Positions 39,031-51,741 of a DNA stretch of 64,000 nucleotides are shown here, piece after piece (the first letter of the stretch is position 1; every line of letters begins with the position of its first letter). Made by a program: the position numbers and the translations under genes. The DNA lies in assembly GCA_964016885.1 (NCBI GenBank), contig OZ024743.1, positions 15,996,001-16,060,000 on the forward strand, in the 5' to 3' direction. Source of the DNA: Eledone cirrhosa. Its lineage: Eukaryota. Under the pieces are notes generated by a model, which worked only from the letters and a program-made list of their open reading frames with translations, ran no database searches and had not been told where the DNA came from.

Positions 39031-40109
39031 ATATATATATACAATGTAAGTTTGCTCCTTGGCCCTACTTATAACATGCAACACAGTACCACCTTTTGTA
39101 ATTTGCTTGAGGAGAAGAGAGAATTTTGAAATCATCCAGGATGGAAAACCAAAATATATCAGAAGATGAATCATGTTAAGGAAGTCATAGCCCATTCAAT
39201 ACAGTGTCTATATATTTGTTTAGATCATGATTGCTTCATCATGTTAGGTGATAGCAATCACATTGTTCAATGTTCAGTTAATTTCTGTTCAATACCATGC
39301 CCCTGTGTGATCTGAGATTTCTCTTAAGACCAGCTAATGCTTTACAAAGTTTAGAGCCAGTATGATAGTGTGTCTTTGGAAAGTCACACGTTTTTGCAGC
39401 TCATGTTTGGAATTATGCATTTGCTTTACATTGATATTTGTGAGCTTGTGTTTCACTAAATGTAGTTAATAAATATGTCTTTGTACCTGATAAGTGAATT
39501 TATATGTTCATGCACTGTATATAACTAATCAACACATGATGTTTTTGAAATCAACACATTCATGGATTTGAAACTCTCATGAGTATAAAATATATTTATG
39601 AAGTTTAATATTTTGATGTTGAAAATGTTTTAAGTGTCATTTAGAGTATAATTTATGTTTCACCACACTAATACATAATAAGTTTCAGTTATGTTAAGTT
39701 TCAACAAGTTTTTCAAATGTTAGTTTACTTCCAGCCACTCACATGCTAGGAGTACTTTGAAAGAACAGATTGAATAAGAGAACTTTGAATAGGGATTCAT
39801 AGAGTAGAAGAGAAAATGAACGACAACATGTGAGACAGAGGAGAGGCAGAGCAAGATAAAGAGAAGTCAAGAGTGAGGAAGGAGAGAAAGAGAGAGAGCA
39901 ATGAAATAATATCAGAAGTAAGATTAAAATAAAAAAATATTGTCAGAGAAAAACATGTCCCCATGCATACATGAGTGTATGTGTATGGGATATTTATGTA
40001 ATGAGAAGTCCAAATTATAAACATTTGTTGGAAATATTTTCAAGGGAATGCATAAATAACACCAACGATGATGGAGAAAATGAAGAAAAATAGTGTTTCA
40101 TTGTAATAT

Positions 40110-40733
40110 ATCTATTTAAGGCTGTACATGGCTATGGTGCGGCCACACATAGAATTTGCATCACCAGTCTGGAACCCCTATCTTGCTCAGAACATTGACC
40201 ACCTGGAGACTGTTCAGAGACGTGCAACCAAGCGAAAACCCTCCATCAGGCATCTACCATACTCTGACTGCCTTGCTTCCCTGGGCATGGATACATTGAA
40301 GCTCTGACGCCTGGCAACTGACTTGGTAAACACCCACAAAATTGTTAACCATCTTGCCAACAACAACCCTGAGTACCTTTTTGATTTCCATGTGTCTAAC
40401 ACACGTGGGCATGCCGACAAAGTCAGAAAACAGTACAGTTCCCATGACTTTCAGAAACATTTTTTCACGCTCAGATTTGCTGAAGCATGGAACAAACTAC
40501 CTGCATCGGTTGTTAGCTGTTGAGACACTGCATCCTTTAAGGCCTCCACACTTTCTGAGATTTGCCAACACTACACCTAATGTTCCCCCTCCATACACAT
40601 ACACACATGTATATCATGACTCATACACTATTCACTTCCCTGACATTTGTGTATTATTCTATGTACTATACATGCACCTTTGACAAGTTGTTGTGTACCT
40701 GAGCACTTTACACAATAATTTCATTATTATTAT
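40110..40733 (+). mobile_element. CR1/Jockey-group LINE 3' fragment
   Basis: Paralogue of 23812-24440 with in-frame stops and an (ATT)n tail. Confidence 0.85.
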
Positions 40734-41887
40734 AACCACTGCTGGTATTTTAGCCCCTTATTTATGCAGAATTTGCAGTTGGTGAAAATTATCAAAATAT
40801 TGAACCAGAATATAAGCTGACCCCATGCTATTTTACCATCGAATTTTGGGGTCTCATATTCCTTGGCTTATATGCAACTATGTAAGATATGATACTCTTA
40901 TCTACAACTTGTTGTATTAATAATTTTTGACCTTGTTTTACCTTATTTTTGCATGCTGCTAATTTAACTACTTCAAGTGGCACTAATGTCACACAAGTGT
41001 TTGTCACTAAAACAATTAATGTGTATGCACATTTTGCATTGCATTTTCTTCCTCCAGCACAGGCCATGATTTGAACTTATAGGGAACTAACCAGTGATAA
41101 AAGACCATTGGTTGTGGTGACTAAGTCAAGTGCATCTTCAAGATTAAAATACAATGCTTATTCACACATGAGTGAACATGTAAGTTACAGTAAAAAAGGC
41201 ACCAGTTGAAATTTTCTAGTTACCCATATTACTGCATTCTACAGTGAAATGCCATTTATTTCAATGAGGGGACATCTTAGTCTCATCATATTGACATTTG
41301 TCTTCAGCAGTTTGATTGTCCATGATGGAGAGGCATTGCATCTTCAAAGTAAGGAAGTTGGTGCAACAGGTAAACATACTTGATAATGAGTTGACAATCA
41401 TCACACATGCAGGTTTTACATCTATTTTCCTTTTCCATATCTACCTATATATATATATATATATATATATGTATACATACATAGATAAAACTCCATGTAC
41501 ATAATATGATTTTTAATCTATCTGCTTGCTCTACACTCAATCATTTAATATTGTATTTATTCTTGAAACCTTTTGAATTTGATGAACTTTATTTTAATCT
41601 TTATAATTTTCAGTTGTTCTATAAATATATCTATCATTATGACTCTATTGAAATAAATAAATAAATAAAAGAATGAATGTAAGTTGTTAATCTTGATTTT
41701 TTGTAATATTGAATATTATTGCTCCGCAACCCAAACTTGACTTAACAAGATCTTTAACAGATGAACCAAGGATTGTAATGTGCATAATAATAAAAAATCA
41801 CATGTGATAAACAGGTGTAACTCCAGAGTAACAAGATTCACTTTTTAGCCTTAATATAATTGCATATATATATACATATATATATGA

Positions 41888-41941
<54 letters not shown>

Positions 41942-44252
41942 GTGTGTGTGTGTGTGTGTATGGGTGTGTGTGTGTAAATTTATATTGAGTGCTTCATAGC
42001 CTGTTTTCATTTTTTCTTTTTTCAATTTAAAAAAGCATGCCAATATGTTCTCTGAGAATAGGCATAACTACTGTAATGGTGAATGTACACCAGGGCAGTA
42101 GATTTGTAGCTATCCTGTTCCAGAGAGGCTAATTACATGCTGAGAAGCTGCTCTTATCCAATTACGTAATGATTAAAAGCATTACCTAATTTCTGTGCAT
42201 GCCAGTTCCATATGGACTGTTACCAGAAAATGGAGTCATAGATACTAATGCATTAGTCTGGGGCTAGAAAATCAAATTTTCTACCCACACAAAAGCATTT
42301 TTCTCACTATTTAATGAATTAGTGTGCACTCTGCTTTCCTTTGTTTGGTAACTTAATGATACTGACTTAATTAAATCATTGAATGAGGGGGGGAAATCGG
42401 TCGAAGATATATCAATCCTATTTGATATCTTCGTTTCAGTATTATTGTTTTTATATATGTGTGTGTGTGTATATATATATATATATGCACATTTCCCTTA
42501 TGTAGAGAATTCTATATAATCTAATTCAAGTAGTGCAAGACTGGATTATATTGATTGATACATTGAATCAGTTAATATTCAGTTTGAACTTCTAAAACTT
42601 ATGTCTAAAATACATAATAGAGAAGGAATAGTTATTGTTCAATAGCATGCCAGTTTAAAGTGAAAATATTAGGAAAAGTACTTAGTTTAGTTATTAAAAT
42701 TGGATAGACATAGAAGCCATAGGAAGGAAAGCAGGTAAAAATATCTATATTTAGTTTGTGTTAGTAAAACAAGTTCAAAGGCATGATCTGAATACATTAA
42801 TGTAGCAAATCACTAAGCTTCTTCATTTTTCCTAAAGTCATTCTACTACATCCATCAATAATTAGGTATATTATGGTAAAATTAACCAATATTCTAAAAC
42901 TTGTTTGTGTATAAATATGTTATCAGATGAGATAAACCTTTCTTGATGCATATGTTTAACAAGCTTATAAGAATCATTTCCCCATAAATCAAAGTGATAC
43001 ACAGTGCATTAATATATTTATCCTACAATTGATGCTGCAGGAGAGACTGTCATTCAAAACAAAATTAGCTAAATAGCTTCCAGATAAAAAGAATGAACTT
43101 AGAGAATTATACAAATGTTACTAGGCAACATAATCAGTAAATTTCTAATACTGATTGTAAACTTCTTTTCTTATAAGAGTTTTTTCTAAATGAAAACTTT
43201 TAAATTGTTGTTGGATACCATCTGTATATATTAACTAAAGTGGAGAGTAAATTGATAAACCTGTATGTCAAGTAAACGTAGAGGGTGGAATGAAATTCTT
43301 TGTGGTATTTATTCTTCCTGCTTGTTTTTCTAAGTTCAAATCATACCAATGTAATTTTTGCTTTCCATCCATCTCGGCTTGATAAATAAATGTCAGCCAA
43401 ATGTTGTGGACTAGCAGAACTGTTACAACATTGGAAATACTATTTTGCAGTGTTTTGTTTTGGCTCCTTGTTGTTTCAGTTCAAATATAACCATTATACA
43501 TTTGGGTAAAATACATAATCACCACCTAGCATTTGGTTGTTTTTAGTGGACACCCTCTATTGCAAGTGTTGAGGTCAGATTTCCACAATGCCACATACTG
43601 TTTTTTTGTGGTGCATAAGACTACATTATCAAATATGTCCTTCTCATATTTCAAATACCATGATGATAAATTGTGAAGGAGATTTCTTTGCTATTTCTAG
43701 CAGGATGACTGACCATATAAAAGCAACTTCTTTAACCTGTAAACACCAACAAATGCTAATTTAAAAGATATCTAATATGTAGCCATATGTATTGTTTAAC
43801 TTGCAATTAACAATAAAAGTCATGAATTCAATTCCAGCCAGACTTTAAATTACACTTGATCATGATCAGGAATTACACCAATCTACATGATGTGTTCTTT
43901 AAAATTAACTTCTTTAAAGTATGAGACAAGTTGAGATTAATATTTACCAATAGTACTAAAAGTAATTAATCAAGGAATTTTACCTATCACTATAATGAAA
44001 AGCTGCTTCTGATTTCAGATTGAGAAATAAATTTATTTCAAGAAATCTAATATTATGCCACCATAACTTCTAAAATAAAAGAAAGTATAAATATTTTCAA
44101 ACACTTTCAGAGGCAATGTTAGAAGAAATAAAAGCAGGTGTTAACTAAAGCATATTTTGTTCATTAATATTGCAGGATATGAGTTTGAGTTAGAAATGTC
44201 TTGCAATATTAATGAGAAAATAGTAAATATGCTAATGAATATATATATATAC

Positions 44253-45501
44253 ATCATCATCATCATCATCACCGTTTTACGTCCGTTCTTCCACGCTAGC
44301 ATGGGTTAGATGGGTTGTCCTGTTGTGTGCAGTGTCTGGTCGGCTGACCATGCCTTGCTCATACAGGAACTGATCTGGCTTGATTTCTACAGCTGGATGC
44401 CCTTCCTAACACCAACCTCATTTACAGTGAGTGCTGGGTGCTTTTTCGTGGTGCCTACACGTCCACTTTACAGTGTGGGCTGGGTGCTTTTTTGCCGTGG
44501 CACCTCCACGACAACATTGCGGTGTGGGGGGGGGGGGGGGGGCATATTGTTTATATGCTTCAGCATGTACCCATGGGAGGTCGGGTACTCTGTATTACTG
44601 CGTGACGCCAGAAGTCACGGTCGTGTGTCATTGTCTTTGAGAGGTGGAATTGGGTAAGGTCGGCTTTTATCACCTCATCCCAGGTCATCTTGGGTCTCCC
44701 CACTCCGCGGTTTCCATCAACTTCTAGTGCTCTGCACCTTTTTATGCAGCTGTCATCCTTCATACGCATCACATGTCCATACCAGCGCAACCGCCTCTCC
44801 TGCACACAGCATTTGATTCCTCTTATGCTCAGTCTCTCTCTCAATTCATTTATGCTTTGTCGTTCACGTATATTACTGTTACACATCCATCGGAGCATGC
44901 AGGCTTCGTTTCTCTCTAATCTACGTAAGTCTTCCACCTTCAGCGCCCAGGTCTCACTACCATGCAACATCGCTGTTTGGATACACGCATCATACAGTCT
45001 GCCTTTCATTCTGAGGGAGAAGCCTTTTGCAGCTAGCACTGGTAGTAGTTCCCTAAACTTCTTCCATCCCGTTCTTACCCTAGTTATTGTACTTTCTGAA
45101 CACCCACCTCCGTTGCTAATTCGGTCACCTAGGTAGCAGAAGCTGTCTACTGTTTCTACAGAGCCCTCCCAGAGATTGGTGGTACTTGTTTCCTGTGGCT
45201 GTTTGCTGCTTGCTGTTTCAGCACAGCTGCTGCATGTGAATCCTACATTCTTAATTAAGCTTCCTGAGATCCCGCTACATCTCTTGTGTACCCATTGTTT
45301 GCATTTGGGGCAGAGAATGGAGTTCCTACCTACACCTTTCCTACATACTGAGCAAGGCCACTTCCCTGAGGGGATCTGGGTTCTGTTTTCTCGTCTACTT
45401 ACAAGGACCTTAGTCTTTGTCATGTTGACTTTGAGACCCTTTCTCTCTAGTCCCTGCTTCCAGGTTTGGAATTTATTCTCTAGTTCTATCATAGATTCAG
45501 C

Positions 45502-45503
<2 letters not shown>
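44253..45503 (-). mobile_element. RTE LINE, 5'-truncated copy with complete 3' UTR and (GAT)n tail
   Basis: Contains ORF 44560-45510; 3' UTR at about 44273-44559; (CAT)n at about 44252-44270. Confidence 0.92.

Positions 45504-45510
<7 letters not shown>
44560..45510 (-). CDS. RTE ORF C-terminal fragment (end of RT, PHD-type finger, thumb)
   Basis: KGLKVNMTKTKV, CSVC-x10-CPKC-x4-H-x2-C-x14-CSSC, FCYLGD, LHGSETW, RRLRWYGHV, GRPKMTW; the first residues come from flanking (TA)n. Confidence 0.9.
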
Positions 45511-45534
<24 letters not shown>

Positions 45535-45959
45535 ACATTATATATACACACATATACATGGCGATCTTTTTTAATTTTACTAATATTTTATATTGGACAA
45601 TTAAACTGTAATGATAACTATAACATTTTAATTGAAAATAGTGGAACCATATATAAAATGTGTGGTCATTTGTCTGGCCAGCGACAATACACGATGATTA
45701 CGTCCTTGCCCACTCCCTGTCCTTTCCTAGGAGGACCTTTTCTGTCCAATTCATATATGCATGGTAAACTGGAATATTCTACAACATATTGCCATGCATA
45801 ACTCGATCTCTTCAAGGCTACACCACTAATACATCCCTCACTACCCTACACTTAGTGACACATGAGAATTACCCAGTCCATTTTGTAAGGTAGTTATGCT
45901 GGTGCCATATGAGATCATAATTTTGTGGCACAAAAAAAGGTTCCAGTATACACTATAAT

Positions 45960-46068
45960 TGTTTCTACTTTTGGCAGAAGGCCAGAAAACCCAGTGCATT
46001 ACTGGTACTTTATTTTATCGACCCCCGTAAGGATGAAAGGCAAAGTTAACCTCGGCGGGATTTGAACT
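45960..46068 (-). mobile_element. SINE family S2, 5'-truncated, with TSD
   Basis: Matches the 13536 element; CACTATAAT direct repeats at 45951-45959 and 46069-46077. Confidence 0.85.
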
Positions 46069-46259
46069 CACTATAATGTAGCCTCATAACATGACAACCT
46101 ATCTAACCCATGCAAGCATGGAAAATAGATGTTAAACAATGATGATGAAGAGAAGGATAGAAAGGCGAAGGACAAGGATAATGATGATGGTGATTTGTGC
46201 GTGTTTTTCTCTTATATTTTGGAGAATGGAGAAATAGTTCAAAGTGTTTACACCTGATG

Positions 46260-46289
<30 letters not shown>

Positions 46290-46296
<7 letters not shown>

Positions 46297-46882
46297 CATG
46301 TTGGCTGCCTTCTCATTATCGAGTATGGCCATTGCATGATATAACATTATTAATAATTATTAATTAATTCTAATGTGCAATGCTTGTGCTTGAAGATATT
46401 TTTTAAAGTGAAGAAAGACTGTGCACTGAGCCAATCCCACTCTCTGAGCGACAGTAGCTATAACCCGAAAAGAAGAAATGATCAACATCATCAGTAACTA
46501 CTGAGCTGCAGGTTTTATATCGGAGTTATCCCAGTTTCCTGAGTTGCCTTCTCCTAGAAGAATGCCCTGACAAAGGCTAGGGGTCCTTCACTCCCAGTGG
46601 TTTAACCGCTCGATCAGGTGTCCAGCCCGACTATTTCTATGTCCCCTCACATATACATACACATGCACACATATACATACACATGCACTTTTGAATGGCC
46701 GTTGACTCTTATGAGTTCTTCCGCCCTTTGTCAGGTTTTGTTTTTTGGCCTGCAGGGTGTCCAAAATCACCCTCCTCCCCAAGTAAACTTGGTGGGGTTG
46801 CCGGTTTAGTCGCTGACGACCCGACCATGCGACAGGTTGTACTGGGTTACATGTTACCAGTAGCACTCAAGAGTGAACCGTC
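46290..46882 (-). mobile_element. Third, diverged copy of the roughly 600-bp (ATGT)n-tailed element
   Basis: Homologous to 16325-16980, including CGACCCGACCATG...TACTGGG...CCAGTAGCAC and the GGCAGCCAAC(ATGT)n end. Confidence 0.8.
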
Positions 46883-46899
46883 ATACATACATACATAGA

Positions 46900-47900
46900 T
46901 GTGGTCAGCAGTAAATCAATTTGGTATGAATCTGGTTTGTTGTGGATGATGTATTTGCTTTTAATGGCAGGGAGATTATGACTGAGGTGGATCTTGGTAA
47001 AAAGCTTGTTTCGGATGGAGAGAAGGGTGGTGGCCCTGTGATTTTTGCAGACGAGTTTGTCACCCTTCTCTTTCCAGAAGGTGAGGATGATGCTCCAAGT
47101 CTAATAATTTGGGAGCCACCATTATCATCAAACCAGTATCAGTGTTTAGTCTCCTTAAGACTGAATACATCAACCCTACCACTGTAAACCTGTGTTTTAA
47201 ACTGTTCCCAAGTTCTATCAAAGACAAAATTGTCTAGTGTAATATGAAGACCAAGACACTTTATTTCACATTGCTCCAGTTTACTCAGCTGTAGAAATGA
47301 GATGATAGGGACTGGGGTCCATATCATTCCACTGCAAAGTGGTCGTGGAGGTGCCATGGCAAAAAACACCCAGCACTCACTGTAAATGAGGTTGGTGTTA
47401 GGAAGGGCATCCAGCTGTAGAAATCAAGCCAGAATCAGTTCCCATCCCACCCTTGCAAGCAGGGAAAAGCGAACGTAAAATGATGTAATGTAATGTAATA
47501 ATCTCACTTTTCTAAACGTTGAAGGTTGGCCACATTTATACATTTTACCACTTGTACCCCTGCTGCCCTCACTTTTTCTCTGATATGCACTTTCATCATG
47601 CCATGTAGAAGTTTGTGGTCTATACCACATTCTGCACTATGCATTACTCTTATAGAGCAGATATCTTGGAGGTCTCTCTTCCGGGAGCTAGTATAATCCA
47701 AGATGTGTCCATGTTTGGATTTCCAGTGTTTCTCTGTTGTCTTGTGGATCTCCCTTTGCTGCAAAAAATATTACACATGACCAGCTTAAACACAGTGCAT
47801 AATTGCAAAAGGAGAAGGCCATTGGCAGTCATCTTGTCTATGGCATGACGTCCTAAAACATTCTAGATGGTCATAATTTCCCACACATGCATTGAAACAT
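46900..47900 (-). pseudogene. Degenerate RTE fragments (APE endonuclease, linker, RT start) interrupted by a SINE
   Basis: NGLLLLQLC...SKHGHILDY...AECGIDHKLL at 47504-47832; WEQFK...YWFDDN at about 47120-47240; FWKEKGDKLVCKNHRATTLLSI at about 47010-47095. Confidence 0.75.
47250..47495 (+). mobile_element. SINE family S1, 5'-truncated
   Basis: CAAGACACTTTATTTCACATTGCTCCAG...GGAAGGGCATCCAGC...CCTTGCAAGCAGGGAAAAG. Confidence 0.85.
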
Positions 47901-48059
47901 CCAAGAAGCAAGATATTGTTCAAATGATGAATCAATGTTTTAAACCCTCATAAATCTTGGTCAAGACTATGATTGATTCCTGTCTACTATCCAGGATAGG
48001 GGCTTTCACTGAAATGACATTTATAAAAGTTCCCAGATGCATAATTCGATCACCACTAC

Positions 48060-48220
48060 CATGAGGCTTCTGAGTGCTACTAGAAAGATGTAACCCAGTC
48101 ACATGGTTGTGTCGTTGGCAACTAAACCGGCAATGCCACACAGTTTGCTTGGTGAGGAGGGTGCTTTTGGACACCCTGCGAGATGAAAAATGAAACCTGA
48201 CAAAGGGCAGAAGAACTCAT
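48060..48220 (+). mobile_element. Partial copy of the structured head of the roughly 600-bp element
   Basis: GTGCTACTAG...CTAAACCGGCAA...TTGGTGAGGAGGGTGCTTTTGGACACCCTGC...ACCTGACAAAGGGCAGAAGAACTC. Confidence 0.7.
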
Positions 48221-48424
48221 GTATAGTATAGGTGATTCAGAGATTTATTGGTGGTGGTACCAATATGAGCACTCGATGCACCTACTCTGATGAGCAGATC
48301 AATGCTGGAGTCATGTCTATAGTATCTATAAGGGACCTTGTGACAATCATCTGTGAAATATACATAACATGACGATAATCAATAAAAACATGTAAACTAA
48401 ACTTCATTGTTTTTTCATTATATT

Positions 48425-48556
48425 ACGTCCCTTTACGATCTGAGTTCAAATCCCGCTGAAGTTGACTTTGCCTTTCATCCTTACGGGGTCGATAAAATAA
48501 AGTACAAGTAATGCACTGGGTAATTGCTGGCCTTGTGCCTAAAGTAGAAACAATTA
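48425..48556 (+). mobile_element. SINE family S2, 5'-truncated
   Basis: GAGTTCAAATCCCGCTGAAGTTGACTTTGCCTTTCATCCTTACGGGGTCG...AAAGTAGAAACAATT. Confidence 0.85.
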
Positions 48557-48714
48557 TATATATAATACACATAAATCAAAGTTGTAGCTGCAAAATACCA
48601 GATACCAATTTCTGGAGTCTTAACTGAAATTGTTACTGAGAAAAATAGACTATTACCCATATTATTTTTGCCATATGAAATAGAGTCTGGAGAATCATCC
48701 TATGTTAGTGCCAC

Positions 48715-48766
<52 letters not shown>

Positions 48767-48842
48767 ACCCGTCCAACCCTTGCAAGCAGGGAAAAGCGGA
48801 TGTAAAATGATGATGATGATGATGATATATATATATAGATAG

Positions 48843-49320
48843 ATCATCATCATCACCATCATCATTATAATCAATATCATCACTGTTTTACGTTCATTCT
48901 TCCACGATAGCATGGGTTAGATGGGGGGTTGTCCTGTTTCGGGCAATGCCAGGTTGGGTGACCTTGTCTTGCTCATACGGGAACTGACTTTGGCTTGATT
49001 TCTACAGCTGGATGCCCTTCCTAACAGCTACCAATTTACAATGACTGCTGGGTGCTTTTTTTTCGTGGCGCCTACATGGCCACTTTACAGTATGGTCTGT
49101 GTGCTCTTTTGTCGTGACATCTCCATGACCACTTTGCAGTGGGAGGGCATGGGGAAATATTGTCTATATGCTTAAGCTTCAGCTTGTTCCCATGGGAAGT
49201 CAGGTCTTCTGTATTACTGCGTCATGCCAGATGTCACGGTCCTGTGTCATCGCCTTTGGGAGGTGCAATTAGGCAAGGTCAACTTTTAACACTTCATCCC
49301 AGGTCTTCTTGAGTCTCCCC
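48843..49320 (-). mobile_element. RTE LINE 3' end fragment
   Basis: Collinear with 44255-44700 (GRLKKTWDEV C-terminus, UTR, (CAT)n tail). Confidence 0.85.
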
Positions 49321-51253
49321 ATTTATATCATCATCATCATCATCACCATTTAATCTCCACTTTTCTATACGAGCATACGTTGAACAAGTTGTCCTGCTGT
49401 GAGACAAGCCAGATCAGATGATCGTATCATGTTCATACAGAAAATTCTCTGGCTTGGTTTCTATGGTTGGATGACCTTCTTAATCCTAACAACACTGATA
49501 ATGTGGACAGAGGGCTGGGATGGGTGAGGTACATGGAGATTGGTGATATATATCTATGATGGGGCACTCTACCTGGAGAAGGATAGAGTATGAGGATGTG
49601 TGTGGTGGGTGGGGTGTGGCAACATGTTTTGTGTTAGAACATGGGCAGTTTATTTATGTATATAAACAATTTATTTTTAGAAACATTGAGCATGGTACAA
49701 AATTTTCAATATCAAAATTAACTTTGAGCTGTTGGCATCAACAGATGTTTTTTGAAATGAAAAATAGTTTAATACATTGGGCATATCAGGCCCCAGAGAT
49801 GGAAATTCGTTTGCATTTGATATTGAGATTTTTAATTCACTATTTAATGTGAGGTTACTGGAAAAGATTTAATATTTTTTTTTTTAAAGATATCACACAA
49901 GTTGCCCACAACATTTAAACACACACAACTCATTTATGTAGTCATGTATAACCACTAAAATTAACTCTATGCAATTATCAGTGAGAGACCCGCCCACAGA
50001 AAATAATAACATATGTCTACTAATACACCATCAGCAAAGAACATTATGTACAAAGCTTTTTATCACTGTTTGCATTTTTTAATTTATTTTATTGATACTA
50101 GCCTAGACAGACACAGACCATTATTCGTCACCTTAAATTCTAGTATTTATATTTGATTTATAATAAATACGTGTAATTCTTGTTTCTTTGAGATTTGTGT
50201 ACATTTTTGTCCATTTATTTTCAATTTCTTTATGATCAGTTACCATAAATCATCGTTTCTGCTGAAACTCTCTGATCGATCTTTTAATGAAGTCATCATC
50301 ACTTCATTAAACATGAATTACCAAATTACATGGACAAATGTGTTGGTTCTGATTGTTGACACCATCACTAGAAAAATAACTGGTTTTATAATGCAGCATT
50401 ATATTATTATTGTTGTTTATAACTCCAGGTGAATTTTAATCAAAGTTATTCTGGTCAGGTCATGATCATAACATTCTAGGTATATATCTAGGTTTAGACT
50501 AGTCAAATATCCTTCCTTTTTTAAGTTTATAAAGTGTTATTTGAGGCAGATTTCTTGTAGATTGAGCAAGAGTGTAAAGGCTCCCATTTAACCCTCTAGC
50601 ATTTACATTTTTCTATATATACTATCATAGCATCAGTATCATTGGCCAGTTACAGCTGCTTTGAACAGAAAGAGGTTAGAGAATTCTAGTCAGATACAGC
50701 CAATTTAAATTTTTAAAGTAAATGCTCAAAGGAGTAATTAGTGTATAATATTTCAAAATTTCATTTATACATGCATTAAATGACAATTCTTAACTTCAAT
50801 CATTACCAATACGGGTTAAATACAATAACGTATATAATTAATACACACATACAGGTACATAAATACACATACACATATTTAACAACACACTACACCATAA
50901 TATAAACACATTTTCACTTCAAATCAAATATAATTATACATGAAAAAAATAAATGCACACATAATTGTATATACACACAACACAGACACTTTAACAATTA
51001 TAATTACATTAAAAAATCTAAACTTACAGTCACATGAGATACACCCCCTGAATATAACAAAACACCTAATTTAGTGTTACATTATGATTACCTCCCTTGC
51101 ACTAGATGAGATCATATATGTGAAATAACATTGTCCATTTTAGCTTTAATCAACACTAACATATATAGTGTCTCTATGACCAATACTAGAGCGGGCTTTT
51201 AAACCTTACTTAGGAAGTAACTGTGTTGAGAAATTATTTATAACACACACACA

Positions 51254-51294
<41 letters not shown>

Positions 51295-51447
51295 TCTGCA
51301 AGCTGGAAAATTAGACGTAAAAGAAGATGATGATGATGTATATATACATATACACACACACATACATATATATATATAATAACAATAATAGATGTGAAGA
51401 CTAAAATCGGAAGAGGGCTCGATAAGGATGATATATATATATATATA

Positions 51448-51597
51448 AATAGATATAAAAACTGCAGAGCAAATACTTGTTAAAATAACAGATTAAAATT
51501 TAAGCAAATAATCGCTGCTTTCACAGTTAACAGGAGTGTCAGAAGATCCCATTGAGCGTAAAAGTAGCAATCGTTTGCTTGAACTTTTAATCTGTTG
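51448..51597. repeat. Small imperfect fold-back with one-sided tail, in (TA)n
   Basis: Arms at 51487-51524 and 51558-51596, with about 40 bp extra on the left. Confidence 0.6.
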
Positions 51598-51636
<39 letters not shown>

Positions 51637-51677
51637 GATATTAAACAAATGGAAACTATATTTATAAAACCATATTT

Positions 51678-51741
51678 ATTTCGTTATATATATTTCTGGG
51701 ATATCATATTAAAAATATGTTATGCCTTCCTCAGACAAAAT
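51678..51741 (-). ncRNA. Hammerhead-like motif (family D), mirror copy
   Basis: Reverse complement of 53895-53958. Confidence 0.55.

Noticed and set aside
44690-45574. Antisense ORFs over RTE coding regions (also 5838-6221)
   Set aside because: Shadow frames of the retrotransposon ORF with no independent motifs.
46690-46800. Twister or hammerhead ribozyme in the structured head (GGAGGAGGGT; CGGAAGA-ACTC..GAGT-CAA)
   Set aside because: Only partial motif matches: the twister pseudoknot partners and the hammerhead GAAA are missing. Kept only as an unassigned structured RNA.
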